DNA of 64,000 nt from Longimicrobiales bacterium (lineage in GTDB: Bacteria; Gemmatimonadota; Gemmatimonadetes; Longimicrobiales; Gaopeijiaceae). The stretch lies in contig OZ250165.1 of assembly GCA_965238005.1 (NCBI GenBank), forward strand, positions 1,888,001 to 1,952,000, in the 5' to 3' direction. The notes below the pieces were generated by a model. It did no database searches. It saw only the letters and a list, made by a program, of their open reading frames with translations, and was not told the origin of the DNA. This document shows positions 1-10,469 of this stretch, piece by piece. The first letter of the stretch is position 1, and each line of letters opens with the position of its first letter. Position numbers and translations under genes: made by a program.

Positions 1-588
1 GAGGCTCCCCGGTCACCATCCGGCCGTAGCTCATCGCCTTGCGCTTGTTCGCGTTCGCCCGAACCTTCGTCCCGTCCACCGACACCCTGCCAAGCCCCGC
101 CAGCCCCAAGGCCCGCGCGAGCATCACCACCTCCACAAACACCGCCCGGAAATCCCCGAGATGGCGCTTGCGGAACTCGCACAGCGTCCGGTGCTTCGGG
201 AAGTTCTCCGCCGCCAGCATCCGAAACGCGACATCCTCCTCCAGCTTCCTCGCCATCTTCCGCGACGAGAAGGTGCCCGTCGCATACGCGTAGATCAGCA
301 CCTTGACCATCATCCGAGGGTCGTACGGCGAGTTGCGCCGCCCGTCCCCCCGGTACCGCCCGTAGAACGCGCTCAGCTCCACCGCGTCCACCAGGTCGCT
401 CACATGGTGCGCCAAATGACCCTCCGACACCCACTCCCGAAGATCCGGAGGCAGCAACAACATCTGCTCCGGATCGTACGGTCGAAATGTCGTTCCCATT
501 CACCCCCCTCGGTGATCCGCAAGCCTTCCCAATGCCTTCGCTACCACCAAAGATAGCCGCCGCAGGGTTCTGCGGCGCAGACTCCTAG
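1..588 (-). mobile_element. IS1182-family insertion sequence, left part (continues beyond window start)
   Basis: Transposase ORF on the minus strand. Probable terminal repeat GGAGTCTGCGCCGCAGAACCC (585-565) next to CTAG at 585-588. Confidence 0.8.
2..499 (-). CDS. IS1182-family DDE transposase, N-terminal part (truncated by window edge)
   Basis: Manual translation from ATG 499: MGTTFRPYDPEQMLLLPPDLREWV...PYDPRMMVKVLIYAYATGTFSSRKMARKLEEDVAFRMLAA...VSVDGTKVRANANKRKAMSY, with typical DUF772/IS1182 motifs. Not in the ORF track because it runs off the edge. Confidence 0.9.
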   Translation of the reverse strand, partial: MGTTFRPYDPEQMLLLPPDLREWVSEGHLAHHVSDLVDAVELSAFYGRYRGDGRRNSPYDPRMMVKVLIYAYATGTFSSRKMARKLEEDVAFRMLAAENFPKHRTLCEFRKRHLGDFRAVFVEVVMLARALGLAGLGRVSVDGTKVRANANKRKAMSYGRMVTGEP

Positions 589-604
589 GTCTTTCTCGAA
601 GCCC

Positions 605-1606
605 TCAGCGATACGGGTCGTCCGTGGCCAGGTAGCCCGTTACGTAGTCCCCGATCCCCTCTTCCAGCGACAGGAAGGGTTGGTCGTACCCGGCCGCACG
701 CAGCCGACCCATTTCCGCCTGCGTGAAGTACTGGTAGCGGTCGCGGATCTCCGCGGGCGTGTCGACCCACTTCACCGCAGGCTCCCGGTCAAGAGCCGCG
801 AACAGGCTCCCCACCACGTCCAGGAAGGTGCGAGCCTCGCCGGTACCCAGGTTGAACAGACCCGACGTCTCCGGGTGGTCCACGAGCCACAGCATTACCG
901 AGACGCAGTCCCGCACGGATACGAAGTCCCTCAGCTGCCCGCCGTCCGGATAGTCCGGATCGTGGGACCGGAACAGGGTCACGGGTCCGCCGGCGGACGC
1001 CACCGGAAAGGCCTTGGCCACGATGCTCTGCATGGCCCCCTTATGGTACTCGTTGGGCCCATACACGTTGAAGAACTTCAGGCCCACCCACTGAGGCGGC
1101 GTCGGGGCTCCATCGGCTACCCATCGGGCCACCATTCGGTCGAAGAGATGCTTGCTCCAACCATACGGATTCATGGGCCGCAGCCGGGCGAGACCCTCCC
1201 TCGATCCGTCGTCGTCGAATCCTTCCGCTCCGTCCCCGTAGGTGGCCGCCGAAGAGGCATAGATGAACGGCACCTGCCGCTCCGCGCACCACCGCCACAG
1301 ATCCCTCGACAGGTGGACGTTCGTGCTTAGGATCAGGTCGGCGTCGGTCTCTGTGGTGGAGGATATGGCACCCATGTGGAAGACGGCCCGCACCTCGGAG
1401 CCTCGCCCCTCGGAGCCTCGTCCCTCGAGAAAGGCGGGCAGATCCTCGGGTAGCACCACGTCCGCTAGCTCACGCTTGGCGATGTTGCGCCACTTGTCCT
1501 CGTCCCGAAGCCGGTCGCACACGACCACCCCCGTCTCCCCCCGCTCCTCGAGGCCGGCCACGAGATTCGATCCGATGAAGCCGGCGCCACCGGTAACGAC
1601 GATCAT
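605..1606 (-). CDS. hldD: ADP-L-glycero-D-manno-heptose-6-epimerase
   Basis: MIVVTGGAGFIGSN, FHMGAISSTTE, YASSAATYG, PMNPYGWSK, FFNVYGPNEYHKG, YQYFTQA. Confidence 0.95.
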   Translation of the reverse strand: MIVVTGGAGFIGSNLVAGLEERGETGVVVCDRLRDEDKWRNIAKRELADVVLPEDLPAFLEGRGSEGRGSEVRAVFHMGAISSTTETDADLILSTNVHLSRDLWRWCAERQVPFIYASSAATYGDGAEGFDDDGSREGLARLRPMNPYGWSKHLFDRMVARWVADGAPTPPQWVGLKFFNVYGPNEYHKGAMQSIVAKAFPVASAGGPVTLFRSHDPDYPDGGQLRDFVSVRDCVSVMLWLVDHPETSGLFNLGTGEARTFLDVVGSLFAALDREPAVKWVDTPAEIRDRYQYFTQAEMGRLRAAGYDQPFLSLEEGIGDYVTGYLATDDPYR

Positions 1607-1965
1607 CCGTCACTCCCTGGATCCGAGGTCCCACGTGCCGCGGAGCAGATGTCACAGCCGCACAAGCTCCGCAGGAGATCGTACGTGTAAAAACCCGTAT
1701 CGTGGCCGTCACTCCAAGCGAACTGGAGGGCGTAATTCCCCACATAGTGGATGGCCGTAGGATACACACCCGGCTGGATCATGGCACTGGTTAGCATGCG
1801 TCGTCCCGAGAGCTCTTCGACGCACCCTGCGCAGGGACAGGAGAGCCGTAGATCATGAGGCAGATAGGTGGATTCGTGGCCATCCTTCCACGAGATACGC
1901 AAGGCCGAGCCGTCCTCTGTGGGCCCGATGTCGCGGGGCGTGGTCTCAGGCGTCGGCATCGGCAC
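1603..1965 (-). CDS. DUF971 (gamma-butyrobetaine hydroxylase-like N-terminal) domain protein
   Basis: WKDGHES, LRLSCPCAGC, VGNYALQFAWSDGHDTGFYTYDLL. Confidence 0.85.
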   Translation of the reverse strand: MPMPTPETTPRDIGPTEDGSALRISWKDGHESTYLPHDLRLSCPCAGCVEELSGRRMLTSAMIQPGVYPTAIHYVGNYALQFAWSDGHDTGFYTYDLLRSLCGCDICSAARGTSDPGSDG

Positions 1966-2587
1966 TGCCTATCATGAGCGCGAGGTGCTCGGCCACGGCC
2001 CGAAAGGCTCGGCCGCGATGACTCCGGGCATGCTTCTCTTCCGGGGAGATCTCGCCGAAGGTCCGGTCTAGCTCCGGATCGAGGAAGAGGGGGTCGTACC
2101 CGAAGCCACCTTGTCCTCTCGGGCTCATTGCGATCAATCCGGGAGCCTCGCCTCGAAGGGTCGTGACGTCTCCGCCGCCGAAGTCGAGGGCGGCCACGCA
2201 CACGTAGCGAGCCGTTCGCTCCTCCAGGGGCCTGTCGCCCAGCAGTTCGAGAAGATACGCGTTGTTGGATCGATCTCGCTCTTTCCCCTCCAGCCCCCGC
2301 TCGGGCGCGAAGCGCTTGGAGCGAACCCCCGGTGCTCCGTCGAGGGCGTCCGCCTCTATCCCAGAGTCGTCCGCCACCGTCGACATCCCGCTGATCTCCT
2401 GGAAGTACTTCGCCTTGGATACGGCGTTGTCTTCGAAAGTATCGAAGGGTTCCAGATCCTCCTCCGCATCCCCATAGGCGACCCCGGCCTCGTCGAGGTC
2501 CATGACCCGCAAGCGCGGCACCACCGCGAGGATCTTCCTGATCTCCGCCATCTTGTGGGCGCTGCGCGTCGCCACCAACAACTCCAT
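1946..2587 (-). CDS. rdgB: Non-canonical purine NTP pyrophosphatase (RdgB/HAM1)
   Basis: LLVATRSAHK, ADDSG, PGVRSKRF, GFGYDP, SHRG; follows rph. Start taken at ATG 2587 (track ORF starts 2626). Confidence 0.93.
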   Translation of the reverse strand: MELLVATRSAHKMAEIRKILAVVPRLRVMDLDEAGVAYGDAEEDLEPFDTFEDNAVSKAKYFQEISGMSTVADDSGIEADALDGAPGVRSKRFAPERGLEGKERDRSNNAYLLELLGDRPLEERTARYVCVAALDFGGGDVTTLRGEAPGLIAMSPRGQGGFGYDPLFLDPELDRTFGEISPEEKHARSHRGRAFRAVAEHLALMIGSADADA

Positions 2588-2618
2588 CAAGCGCTCTCCC
2601 GAGGGGTGCCGTTCGACA

Positions 2619-3332
2619 CTAGCCAAGGGCCCCCTTTTGAGCCAGGACCAGGCGGCGGATGCCGTCGATGGCGAGATCCAGGAGGTCGTCGAGCTGCGCC
2701 CTGCTGAACGGGTCGCCCTCCGCTGTCCCCTGCACCTCCACCAGGCGACCCTCTCCCGTGCCCACGACGTTCAGGTCCACCTGGGCCGAGGAGTCCTCCG
2801 GGTAGTCGAGATCCAACAGGGGATCGCCGTCGACGATTCCGACGCTCACGGCCGCCACCATCTCCCGCATGGGATTCCGCTCGATGAGGCCTTCCTTCGT
2901 GAGTCCGTCCAGGGCCCTCCACAGCGCCACGGAAGCTCCTGTGATGGCCGCGGTCCGAGTGCCTCCGTCGGCCTGCAGAACGTCGCAATCGACGATGACG
3001 GTACGGGGGCCCAGAGCCTTCAGGTCCACCACCGACCGGAGGGAGCGGCCGATGAGTCGCTGGATCTCCTGCGTACGGCCACCCACCCGTGCCCGCTCCC
3101 GTTGGGATCGCGTGTGGGTCGACCGGGGGAGCATACCATACTCGGCCGTCACCCACCCGGCCTGACTCCGCTCCCGCCAGCGAGGCAGGCCCTCCTCGAC
3201 GCTGGCGGCGCAAAGGACCCGGGTCTGCCCGGTGGAGATGAGGCAGGATCCCTCGGCGTACGGCACCGACCCCAGCACCATCTCCAGCGGTCTCAAGTCA
3301 CCGGCCTGGCGGCCATCCACCCGGTGCGTCAC
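2619..3332 (-). CDS. rph: Ribonuclease PH
   Basis: [59 protein letters not shown]. Confidence 0.97.
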   Translation of the reverse strand: MTHRVDGRQAGDLRPLEMVLGSVPYAEGSCLISTGQTRVLCAASVEEGLPRWRERSQAGWVTAEYGMLPRSTHTRSQRERARVGGRTQEIQRLIGRSLRSVVDLKALGPRTVIVDCDVLQADGGTRTAAITGASVALWRALDGLTKEGLIERNPMREMVAAVSVGIVDGDPLLDLDYPEDSSAQVDLNVVGTGEGRLVEVQGTAEGDPFSRAQLDDLLDLAIDGIRRLVLAQKGALG

Positions 3333-3811
3333 CCGCCCTCCTTCAGGCGCTCCAGGAGCGCCGAGGTGGAATAATTCCCTACCAAGGGCACCACCATCAC
3401 CGTCCCTCCCGCCCCTTCCACGGCCCGACGGCCTACGATGTCCTCGACTTCGTAGTCGCCTCCCTTGACCAGAACATCGGGAAGCAGCTGCTCGATGAGC
3501 TCCACAGGCGTGTCTTCGTCGAAGAGGGTCACCGCGTCCACGCTAGCCAGCGCCGCCAGCACCCGGGCCCGATCCCCTTCTGCCACCAGAGGGCGTCCGG
3601 ACCCCTTGAGCCGGCGGACCGAGTAGTCCGTGTTCAATCCCACCACCAGTGCGTCGCCCAGGCGCCTGGCTTGCTCGAGGTACTCCACATGACCGCGGTG
3701 GAGGAGGTCGAAGCACCCGTTGGTGAACACGAGTCGCCCTTGCCGCGGCCGCCCGTGGCGGGTAAGGAGCTCCTCCCTGGAGAGGACCTTTTCCTCGAGC
3801 GGCTCCGTCAC
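3329..3811 (-). CDS. rfaE2: D-glycero-beta-D-manno-heptose 1-phosphate adenylyltransferase (stand-alone RfaE domain II)
   Basis: [38 protein letters not shown]. Confidence 0.93.
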   Translation of the reverse strand: MTEPLEEKVLSREELLTRHGRPRQGRLVFTNGCFDLLHRGHVEYLEQARRLGDALVVGLNTDYSVRRLKGSGRPLVAEGDRARVLAALASVDAVTLFDEDTPVELIEQLLPDVLVKGGDYEVEDIVGRRAVEGAGGTVMVVPLVGNYSTSALLERLKEGG

Positions 3812-4755
3812 ACCCTGCCCCTGCTCTCAAACTGGTCGAAGACCTCCTGCAGGATGGCCTCGGCTCCCTGTTGCCTGAGGAGGTCCGCCAAGCGGGTGCC
3901 GAGCTCATCCGGCTCGGCGGCCACTCCCGTGACGTCTCCCCGGACCACCCGCGTGCCATCGCAGCTGGCCACCAGCCCCCAGAGGCGGAGTCCGCCCTCG
4001 TACGGCATCCCCAGGGCCCCGATCGGCACCTGACATCCACCTCCGAGATTCCCCAACAACGCCCGCTCCGCCCTCACGGCCGACCGGGTCTGGGGGTCGT
4101 TCAACTCTTCCACCAGCGATCGGGTTTCCGTGTCGTCCGTACGGGTCACGATGGCCAACGCTCCCTGCCCCGGCGCCGGCAACCACGCCGTCCGCTCCAG
4201 CCACTCCAACGCCCGGTCCTCGAGACCGAGGCGGATCAGCCCTGCGGCCGCCAGGATCACGGCGTCGTAGTGCCCGTCGTCCACCTTGCTGATGCGCGTG
4301 TCCACGTTGCCCCGGATACTCCGCGGCTCGACGTCCTGACGAAAAGCCCTCAGCAGAGCAGCTCGACGCAGAGAGCTCGTGCCTACCACAGCCCCCTCCT
4401 TCAGGGAGGCCAGGGTGGTTCGCTCGTGTTTCGGTCCCACCAGCACATCCCGGGGATCGACCCGAGTCGGGGTCGCGGCGAGGCACAGGCCATCGGGCAG
4501 CTCGGTGAGGAGATCCTTCAGCGAGTGAACGGCGAGGTCCACTCTTCCATCCAGAAGAGCCTCGTCCAGCTCCTGGGTGAAGAGGCCCTTACCCCCGATC
4601 TCCGGGAGGGGCTTGTCGAGGCGTACGTCACCCGTGGTGCGGATGATCTCGAGCTCGACCTGCGTGGATCCGTCGGCCTCGAGCTCGGCCTTCGTCGTCC
4701 GGCTCTGCGAGAGAGCCAGGAGGGAGCCCCGCGTTCCCAGCCGGAGTAGGGACAT
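3808..4755 (-). CDS. hemC: Hydroxymethylbilane synthase
   Basis: GTRGSLLAL, GGKGLFTQE, AVHSLKD, GTSSLRR, RGNVDTR, GGGCQVPIG. Confidence 0.97.
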   Translation of the reverse strand: MSLLRLGTRGSLLALSQSRTTKAELEADGSTQVELEIIRTTGDVRLDKPLPEIGGKGLFTQELDEALLDGRVDLAVHSLKDLLTELPDGLCLAATPTRVDPRDVLVGPKHERTTLASLKEGAVVGTSSLRRAALLRAFRQDVEPRSIRGNVDTRISKVDDGHYDAVILAAAGLIRLGLEDRALEWLERTAWLPAPGQGALAIVTRTDDTETRSLVEELNDPQTRSAVRAERALLGNLGGGCQVPIGALGMPYEGGLRLWGLVASCDGTRVVRGDVTGVAAEPDELGTRLADLLRQQGAEAILQEVFDQFESRGRV

Positions 4756-4763
4756 CGGTCAGG

Positions 4764-6455
4764 TCAGAGGTAGAACAGCAGGTACACGCCCAGGAGCACA
4801 GCCACCCAGAGTATCATACTCCCTGTGGGCCAGGTTCGCGCCAGGATGCCCCTCGGGCCATGGCCACGAGCGGCTCCGGTGACGGCACTCCTCACCACGC
4901 CGACGACCGCGCCGCGGACCGCCGAATCCACGCGTGCGACGGCGGCGCCGATGCCCCGGACGAGTCGAGGAGCCAGCCACCGGTACGACCACTCCGCATC
5001 GATGTTCACCGACCTGAGCTCCGGCGGGTAGATCCCCGTCTTCATGAGCCAGAGCACGGCCAGGGCGCCGAAGAAGAGGAGCTGCATCTGGGTCAGCACA
5101 TGGGTCGCGTCGTACGGATCGAACTCCGCGGCGAAGGGCAGCAGAGCATAGAGGAACCCCGGGAACGAGCCGATCCCGATGCACAGGACCGCCGCGATGA
5201 ACATGGCCGCCAGCATGTTCTTGGGCGGCTCCTTGGCGCGAATCCCCGAGTCGTGACCGAAGAACGCGAAGTACGGGATCTTGATGCCCGCGTGCTCCAG
5301 AACGCCGGCGGAGGCGAAGAGGAGGAAGGGCCAGATCCACACGTGACCCTCTTCCAGCGCCGCAGCCATGATCATGGACTTGGTCACGAAGGCGCTGAGG
5401 AGCGGGAACGCCGAGATGGTCATGGCTCCGACGACGCACAGCGTCGCAGTAATGGGCATCGTCTTGTAGAGCCCACCGAGGTCGGAGCCGTTGATGCGGC
5501 CCGTCATCTGTAGGACGGCTCCCATGCTCATGAAGAGGAGGCCTTTGAAGAAGACGTCGGCGAAGGCGTGGGCCACGGCCCCGTTCAGAGCGAGCGCAGT
5601 GCCGAGCCCGACGCCGGTCACCATGAAGCCGATCTGGTTGATCATGCTGTAGCTCAGCACCCGGCGCAGATCGTTCTCGATGACGGCGTAGAAGATAGGG
5701 AAGCACGTCATGATCACGCCCACGTAGATCAGCATCTCCGTTCCGGCGAAGCTCTTGGCCAGGGCGAAGACCGCCACCTTGGTGGTGAACGCGCTCAAGA
5801 AGACCGTGCCCGTGGGGGTGCCCTCCGGATACGCGTCCGTGAGCCAGTTGTGCAGGAACGGGAACGCCGCCTTGATCCCGAAGGCGATGAGAATCAGCCA
5901 TGCCGCCAGCGAGCCGTCGAGCCCGATGGGCCCGAACTCGATGGATCCCGTGCTGTGGGCACGCATGAGCGCTCCCGAGAGGAGCAGTACCCCCGAAAGC
6001 ACGTGGATCACCAGGTACCGGAATCCTGAACGCAGCGAGCTCTCTGTGCCCCTGGCCCAGATGAGGAACACGGATGTGAACGCCAGCAGCTCCCAAAAAA
6101 CGAACAGCGAGATGAGGTCCCCGGCGAACACGGCGCCCAGCGCGGCGCCGGCGTAGAGCATGGCCGATGTATGCTGGATGCCGGGGTGATCGCCCTCGTC
6201 GAGATGCAGGGCGTAGAGGTTCCCCAGGAAGGCGGCCAGGTGGAACAGCCACCCGAACATCATGCCCAGAGGGGTCACCACCACGGGGACCAGGGTGTAG
6301 CCCAGCAGCTCGATCTCGACGAACGAGCCTTCCTGGAGGCCCAGAAGGTTCAGGGCTCCCAGCACCGGGACGAGGAGCAGCACACCGCGGCGCACATCCC
6401 CCCTCGTGACCACAACGAGGAGGGCCCCGATCAGGAAGATCACGAAGGGAGGCAT
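4764..6455 (-). CDS. Mrp Na+/H+ antiporter subunit D-like protein (third antiporter-like subunit)
   Basis: Polytopic membrane protein with FWELL, IKAAFPFLHNWLTDAYPE, TTKVAV, RRVLSYSMINQIG, FKGLLFM. Confidence 0.85.
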   Translation of the reverse strand: MPPFVIFLIGALLVVVTRGDVRRGVLLLVPVLGALNLLGLQEGSFVEIELLGYTLVPVVVTPLGMMFGWLFHLAAFLGNLYALHLDEGDHPGIQHTSAMLYAGAALGAVFAGDLISLFVFWELLAFTSVFLIWARGTESSLRSGFRYLVIHVLSGVLLLSGALMRAHSTGSIEFGPIGLDGSLAAWLILIAFGIKAAFPFLHNWLTDAYPEGTPTGTVFLSAFTTKVAVFALAKSFAGTEMLIYVGVIMTCFPIFYAVIENDLRRVLSYSMINQIGFMVTGVGLGTALALNGAVAHAFADVFFKGLLFMSMGAVLQMTGRINGSDLGGLYKTMPITATLCVVGAMTISAFPLLSAFVTKSMIMAAALEEGHVWIWPFLLFASAGVLEHAGIKIPYFAFFGHDSGIRAKEPPKNMLAAMFIAAVLCIGIGSFPGFLYALLPFAAEFDPYDATHVLTQMQLLFFGALAVLWLMKTGIYPPELRSVNIDAEWSYRWLAPRLVRGIGAAVARVDSAVRGAVVGVVRSAVTGAARGHGPRGILARTWPTGSMILWVAVLLGVYLLFYL

Positions 6456-6456
6456 G

Positions 6457-6744
6457 TCAGCTCCCCCCCTCGTAGTAGTCCTCGGGGCGCATCAGCACAC
6501 GCCGCATCTGCTTGGCGATGAGCACCAGAAGCCAGATGCCGACGAACCCGTAGAGCGGGTAGAAAGCGAGCAGGTTCTCCCAGTCGTGCACGTTGTGCCG
6601 GTGGATCACGAAGTCCAGCAGGACCAGGATGACACAGCACGCGTAGAAGACGTTGAACAGGAGCTTCACGTTCCGGGCATTGTCCCAGACGTGCTGCCGC
6701 TCGTCGGTCGTAGCGCCGTGGCCGTGTGAAGTGTGCTCGCTCAC
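6457..6744 (-). CDS. Small two-TM protein within the mrp operon
   Basis: 95 aa, two hydrophobic segments, C-terminal MRPEDYY; tightly coupled to both neighbours. Confidence 0.75.
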   Translation of the reverse strand: MSEHTSHGHGATTDERQHVWDNARNVKLLFNVFYACCVILVLLDFVIHRHNVHDWENLLAFYPLYGFVGIWLLVLIAKQMRRVLMRPEDYYEGGS

Positions 6745-8219
6745 GGGGAAATCACCATCGTCATCAGTTCGTAGAGCGGACCGGGGTTCAGGAACAGACC
6801 CAGCGTGGCCAGCGCGGTGATCACTATGGCCACCAGCGACGACCAGGGCGCCTCGTGGATGCCCTCACCGCGGTGGGCGTCTTCCGGAGGGGCGCCGAAG
6901 AAGGCACGCACGGGAACCTCCAACAGGTAGACCAGGCTGAGGAGCGAGCTCACCATGAGCACCGCCAGCAGGCCCACCTGCCCCGCCTCCAGCGTACCAA
7001 GCCCCAGGAACCATTTGCTCCACGCTCCACCCGCCGGTGGAACGCCGACGATGCTCAGCGAGCCCACGAAGAACGCACCGAAGGTGATGGGCATGGTGCG
7101 GCCCAGCCCGCTCATGCGGCTGATGTCCGTCTCGTGGGCGGCTACCAGCACCGCCCCCGCCGCGAAGAAGAGCGTGATCTTGCCGAAGGCGTGCATGGCG
7201 ATGTGCATGCCGCCACCGATGATCCCCCACTCGTTGGCCAAGAGAGCGCCGAGGACGATGTAGGAGAGCTGGCTGATGGTGGAGTAGGCCAGCCGGGCCT
7301 TGAGGTTGTCCTTAGTGAACGCCACCAGCGAGCCGAGGATGATGGTGGCCGCCGCCGCCCAGGCCAGCCACGTGGTGCTGGCCAGGACCCCCAGCAGGTC
7401 GATGCCGAAGACGTAGACCGCCACCTTCAAGATCGTGAACACCCCCGCCTTCACCACGGCCACAGCGTGCAGCAGCGCCGAGACCGGCGTGGGGGCCACC
7501 ATGGCCGCGGGGAGCCAGCGGTGGAAGGGCATGACCGCCGCCTTCCCCACCCCGAAGACGAAGAGGACCAGGATCACGCTCAGCACCCCGTTGCCGGCCG
7601 TCCCGGCGAGGATGCCACCTTCGGTGAAGTCCACCGTGCCGGCCAGCTGCCACGTCCAGATGACAGCAAGGAGCTGGAGGCCTATCGAGGTCGAGAGCAA
7701 GATCCCCAGGTACACGCGGCCGGCGCGCTTGGCCTCTTCCGTGCCGTGGTGCGTGACCAACGGGAAGGTGCAGAGCGTCAGGACTTCATAGAAGGCGAAG
7801 AGCGTGAAGAGGTTGGCCGAGAAGGCCACTCCCATGGCACCCGCGATGGCGATGGCGAAGAAGGTGTAGAAGCGGGTCTGGTTCTCCTCGTGGTGCCCGC
7901 GCATGTACCCGATGGAATACAACGCCGTGACGATCCAGAGGAACGACGCCACCAGGGCGAAGAGAAGGCCCAGCGGCTCTACGCGGAGCGCCAGCTCGAT
8001 TCCCGGCACCACCTCTACGAGTGCGAGCTCGGGGCGCAGCCCGCTCTTTACCGGGTCCAGCAAAGTGAGGACCAGGCCGAAGAGGGTCGCTGCCGTGATG
8101 AGGCCCGCCCCGTCTCTCACATTGGGCCACCTGCCGAGGGCGAGGATGAGTGCCGCTCCCACCAGGGGCAGGACGACGATCAGCCCGGACGTCATGGCCG
8201 GCGTCATGGCCGGCGTCAT
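6741..8219 (-). CDS. Mrp antiporter subunit, MrpA'/NuoL-like
   Basis: FYEVLTL and GKAAVMPFHRWLPAAMVAPTPVSALLHAVAVVKAG (MrpA/NuoL-type motif), LAYSTISQLSY. Confidence 0.85.
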   Translation of the reverse strand: MTPAMTPAMTSGLIVVLPLVGAALILALGRWPNVRDGAGLITAATLFGLVLTLLDPVKSGLRPELALVEVVPGIELALRVEPLGLLFALVASFLWIVTALYSIGYMRGHHEENQTRFYTFFAIAIAGAMGVAFSANLFTLFAFYEVLTLCTFPLVTHHGTEEAKRAGRVYLGILLSTSIGLQLLAVIWTWQLAGTVDFTEGGILAGTAGNGVLSVILVLFVFGVGKAAVMPFHRWLPAAMVAPTPVSALLHAVAVVKAGVFTILKVAVYVFGIDLLGVLASTTWLAWAAAATIILGSLVAFTKDNLKARLAYSTISQLSYIVLGALLANEWGIIGGGMHIAMHAFGKITLFFAAGAVLVAAHETDISRMSGLGRTMPITFGAFFVGSLSIVGVPPAGGAWSKWFLGLGTLEAGQVGLLAVLMVSSLLSLVYLLEVPVRAFFGAPPEDAHRGEGIHEAPWSSLVAIVITALATLGLFLNPGPLYELMTMVISP

Positions 8220-9697
8220 GGTCCGACCCCCAGGAGCGTCCGGGCGGCGGCTCCCGCCGCCTCGGTGGTGAAGGAGGCGTCGATGCCGAAGTAGAAGCTC
8301 ACGGCGACCAGGACCCAGGTGGGTACCAGGAGGCCGAGGGGCGCCTCTCGGACCGGGTGATCGTCGTCACCCGGGAAGTCGTGGAAGTAGGCCGCCTCCA
8401 CCACCCGCCAGATGTAGACCACAGCCATCAGGGACGTGATCAGGATCAGTGCCGCAACGGGCCACCAGCCTTGCTCCAGGGCTCCCGTGATCAGGTACCA
8501 CTTGCTGATGAAGCCCACCGTGAGCGGCACACCGATCAGGCTGAGGCCTGCACCGACGAAGGCGGCCATGGTCCAGGGCATGCGCCTTCCGAGGCCCTGC
8601 ATGGCCTCGATGTCCACGGAGCCGATTCGGTACATCACGCAGCCCAGCGCCATGAAGAGGGCGCCCTTCATCATGGCGTGGTTGAACAGGTGGAGGATTC
8701 CCGCCGTGAGCCCCGTCACCGAGGCCATGCTGATCCCCAGGATCGTGTACCCGATCTGGGCCACGCTGGAGTAGGCCATCATCCGCTTCACGTTTCGCTG
8801 GAAGATGGCCACCAGAGACATGCTGAAGATTGCGACGAGGGCCAGCGGTAGCAGCACGAGATCGAGCTGCATGACGTCGAAGGAGAAGACCGGCCCGAAG
8901 ATCGTGAAGAAGAAGCGGAGCAGCATGTAGACCGCCACCTTGGTGGCGGTCGATGCGATGAAGGCCGTGACGGCGGACGGGGCGCACGTGTACGCGTTGG
9001 GGAGCCACAGGTGGAGCGGGAAGAGCGCCAGCTTCAGGCTGATCCCAACGGTCAGGAACCCGAACGCCACCGGGATCGTGCGGTTGGCCCCTACCTCGGG
9101 GATCCGGGCCGCGAGGTCCGCCATGTTCAGGGTACCGGTCATCACGTACATCATGCCGATGCCGATCACGATGAACGTGGCCCCCACCGAGCCCATGATC
9201 AGGTACTGGAATGACGCCGTCAGCGCCTTGCGATCCCGCCCCATGGCGATGAGGACGTACGCAGAGAGTGACGATACCTCGAGGAACACGAAGACGTTGA
9301 AGACGTCTCCCGTGACGGCAATTCCCAGGAGCCCCGTGAGGCAGAGGATGAACGCGGCATAGAACAGGGCGATGCGGGACCCCTCCAGCTCGCGCTCCAC
9401 GCTCTGTTTCGCGAAGGGCGTCACGATGGCGCCGATGGCCGTTACGATCACCACCACGAAGGCGTTCAGCAGATCGATGCGGTATTCGATCCCGTACGGA
9501 GCTACCCACCCGCCCAGCGCGTAGCTGATGGTGCCTTCGGCCTGAACGCGGGCCAGAAGCTGCAGGGCGATCCAGAACGCGGTCCAGGTCGTGGCCAGGG
9601 CGATGGCCCAGGCGATCTTGGCGTTCCGCACGAGCGCACATACCGGGGCCGCCAGCAGGGGGATGACAACCTGCAGTACCGGGAGATGTTGCGTCAC
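8216..9697 (-). CDS. mrpD: Mrp antiporter subunit D
   Basis: FNVFVFLEVSSL, LKLALFPLHLWLPNAY, KRMMAYSSVAQIG, NHAMMKGALF, GVPLTVGFISKW. Confidence 0.88.
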   Translation of the reverse strand: MTQHLPVLQVVIPLLAAPVCALVRNAKIAWAIALATTWTAFWIALQLLARVQAEGTISYALGGWVAPYGIEYRIDLLNAFVVVIVTAIGAIVTPFAKQSVERELEGSRIALFYAAFILCLTGLLGIAVTGDVFNVFVFLEVSSLSAYVLIAMGRDRKALTASFQYLIMGSVGATFIVIGIGMMYVMTGTLNMADLAARIPEVGANRTIPVAFGFLTVGISLKLALFPLHLWLPNAYTCAPSAVTAFIASTATKVAVYMLLRFFFTIFGPVFSFDVMQLDLVLLPLALVAIFSMSLVAIFQRNVKRMMAYSSVAQIGYTILGISMASVTGLTAGILHLFNHAMMKGALFMALGCVMYRIGSVDIEAMQGLGRRMPWTMAAFVGAGLSLIGVPLTVGFISKWYLITGALEQGWWPVAALILITSLMAVVYIWRVVEAAYFHDFPGDDDHPVREAPLGLLVPTWVLVAVSFYFGIDASFTTEAAGAAARTLLGVGP

Positions 9698-10047
9698 TCG
9701 GCAAGATCCTGGCTGTGGATCTCGTCTTCCTCGATGGTCCCATACGCCTCGTGTATGCGGACGATCAGGCTCAGGCCCACGGCGGTGGTGGCGATGCCCA
9801 CGACGATGGCGGTGAGGATGAGGACGTGGGGAAGCGGATTGGAGTACACGACGTCACCCTCCGTGAGGATCGGCGCCGTCCCGCCCTCGATCTTGCCCAT
9901 GCTGATGTAGAGGATGAAGACCGAAGTCTGGAAGATGTTAAGCCCCACGACCTTCTTGATGAGGTTCCCTCGGGAGATCAGGATGTAGAAGCCGACCATC
10001 ATGAGGAAGATGAAGATCCAGTAGTTGACGAGGCCCAGCAGCCTCAT
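9694..10047 (-). CDS. mrpC: Mrp antiporter subunit C
   Basis: NLIKKVVGL, NPLPHVLILTAIVVG, YGTIEED. Confidence 0.92.
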   Translation of the reverse strand: MRLLGLVNYWIFIFLMMVGFYILISRGNLIKKVVGLNIFQTSVFILYISMGKIEGGTAPILTEGDVVYSNPLPHVLILTAIVVGIATTAVGLSLIVRIHEAYGTIEEDEIHSQDLAE

Positions 10048-10469
10048 GCGCGGAGCCCCCGGCGCCCCGCGAAGGAGTAGAAGACGGCGACCATGACTCC
10101 GAACACCGTCGTCAGGACGCCCAGCTCCACCAGAAGGATACCCCGGTGCTGGCCGTGCTCCGGCTCGTGGGCGAGTACGCCGTAGTCAAGGAATTCGCCA
10201 CCGAGCAACACGGTGACCACTCCTACGCCGGCGTAGATCAGGACGCCAGCGGCGCCGCAGAACCACGCCACCGATAAGGGCAGGACCTCCCTGGCCATAT
10301 CCACGCCGAAGATGAGGCTGTAGAGGATGAAGCCCGCGGCGAAGATGACGCCGGCCTGGAAACCACCGCCCGGCCCGTATTCGCCGTGGAACTGCACGTA
10401 CAGGGCGAAGAGCAGGATGAAGGGGATGAGGATCTTGGCGCCGACCCGCAGGATGACCTTATCCTCCAT
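10044..10469 (-). CDS. mrpB: Mrp antiporter subunit B (MnhB domain)
   Basis: HGEYGPGGGFQAG motif. Start set at ATG 10469 (MEDKVILRV) after GAGGTG; the longer track ORF is read-through of the upstream repeat. Confidence 0.88.
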   Translation of the reverse strand: MEDKVILRVGAKILIPFILLFALYVQFHGEYGPGGGFQAGVIFAAGFILYSLIFGVDMAREVLPLSVAWFCGAAGVLIYAGVGVVTVLLGGEFLDYGVLAHEPEHGQHRGILLVELGVLTTVFGVMVAVFYSFAGRRGLRA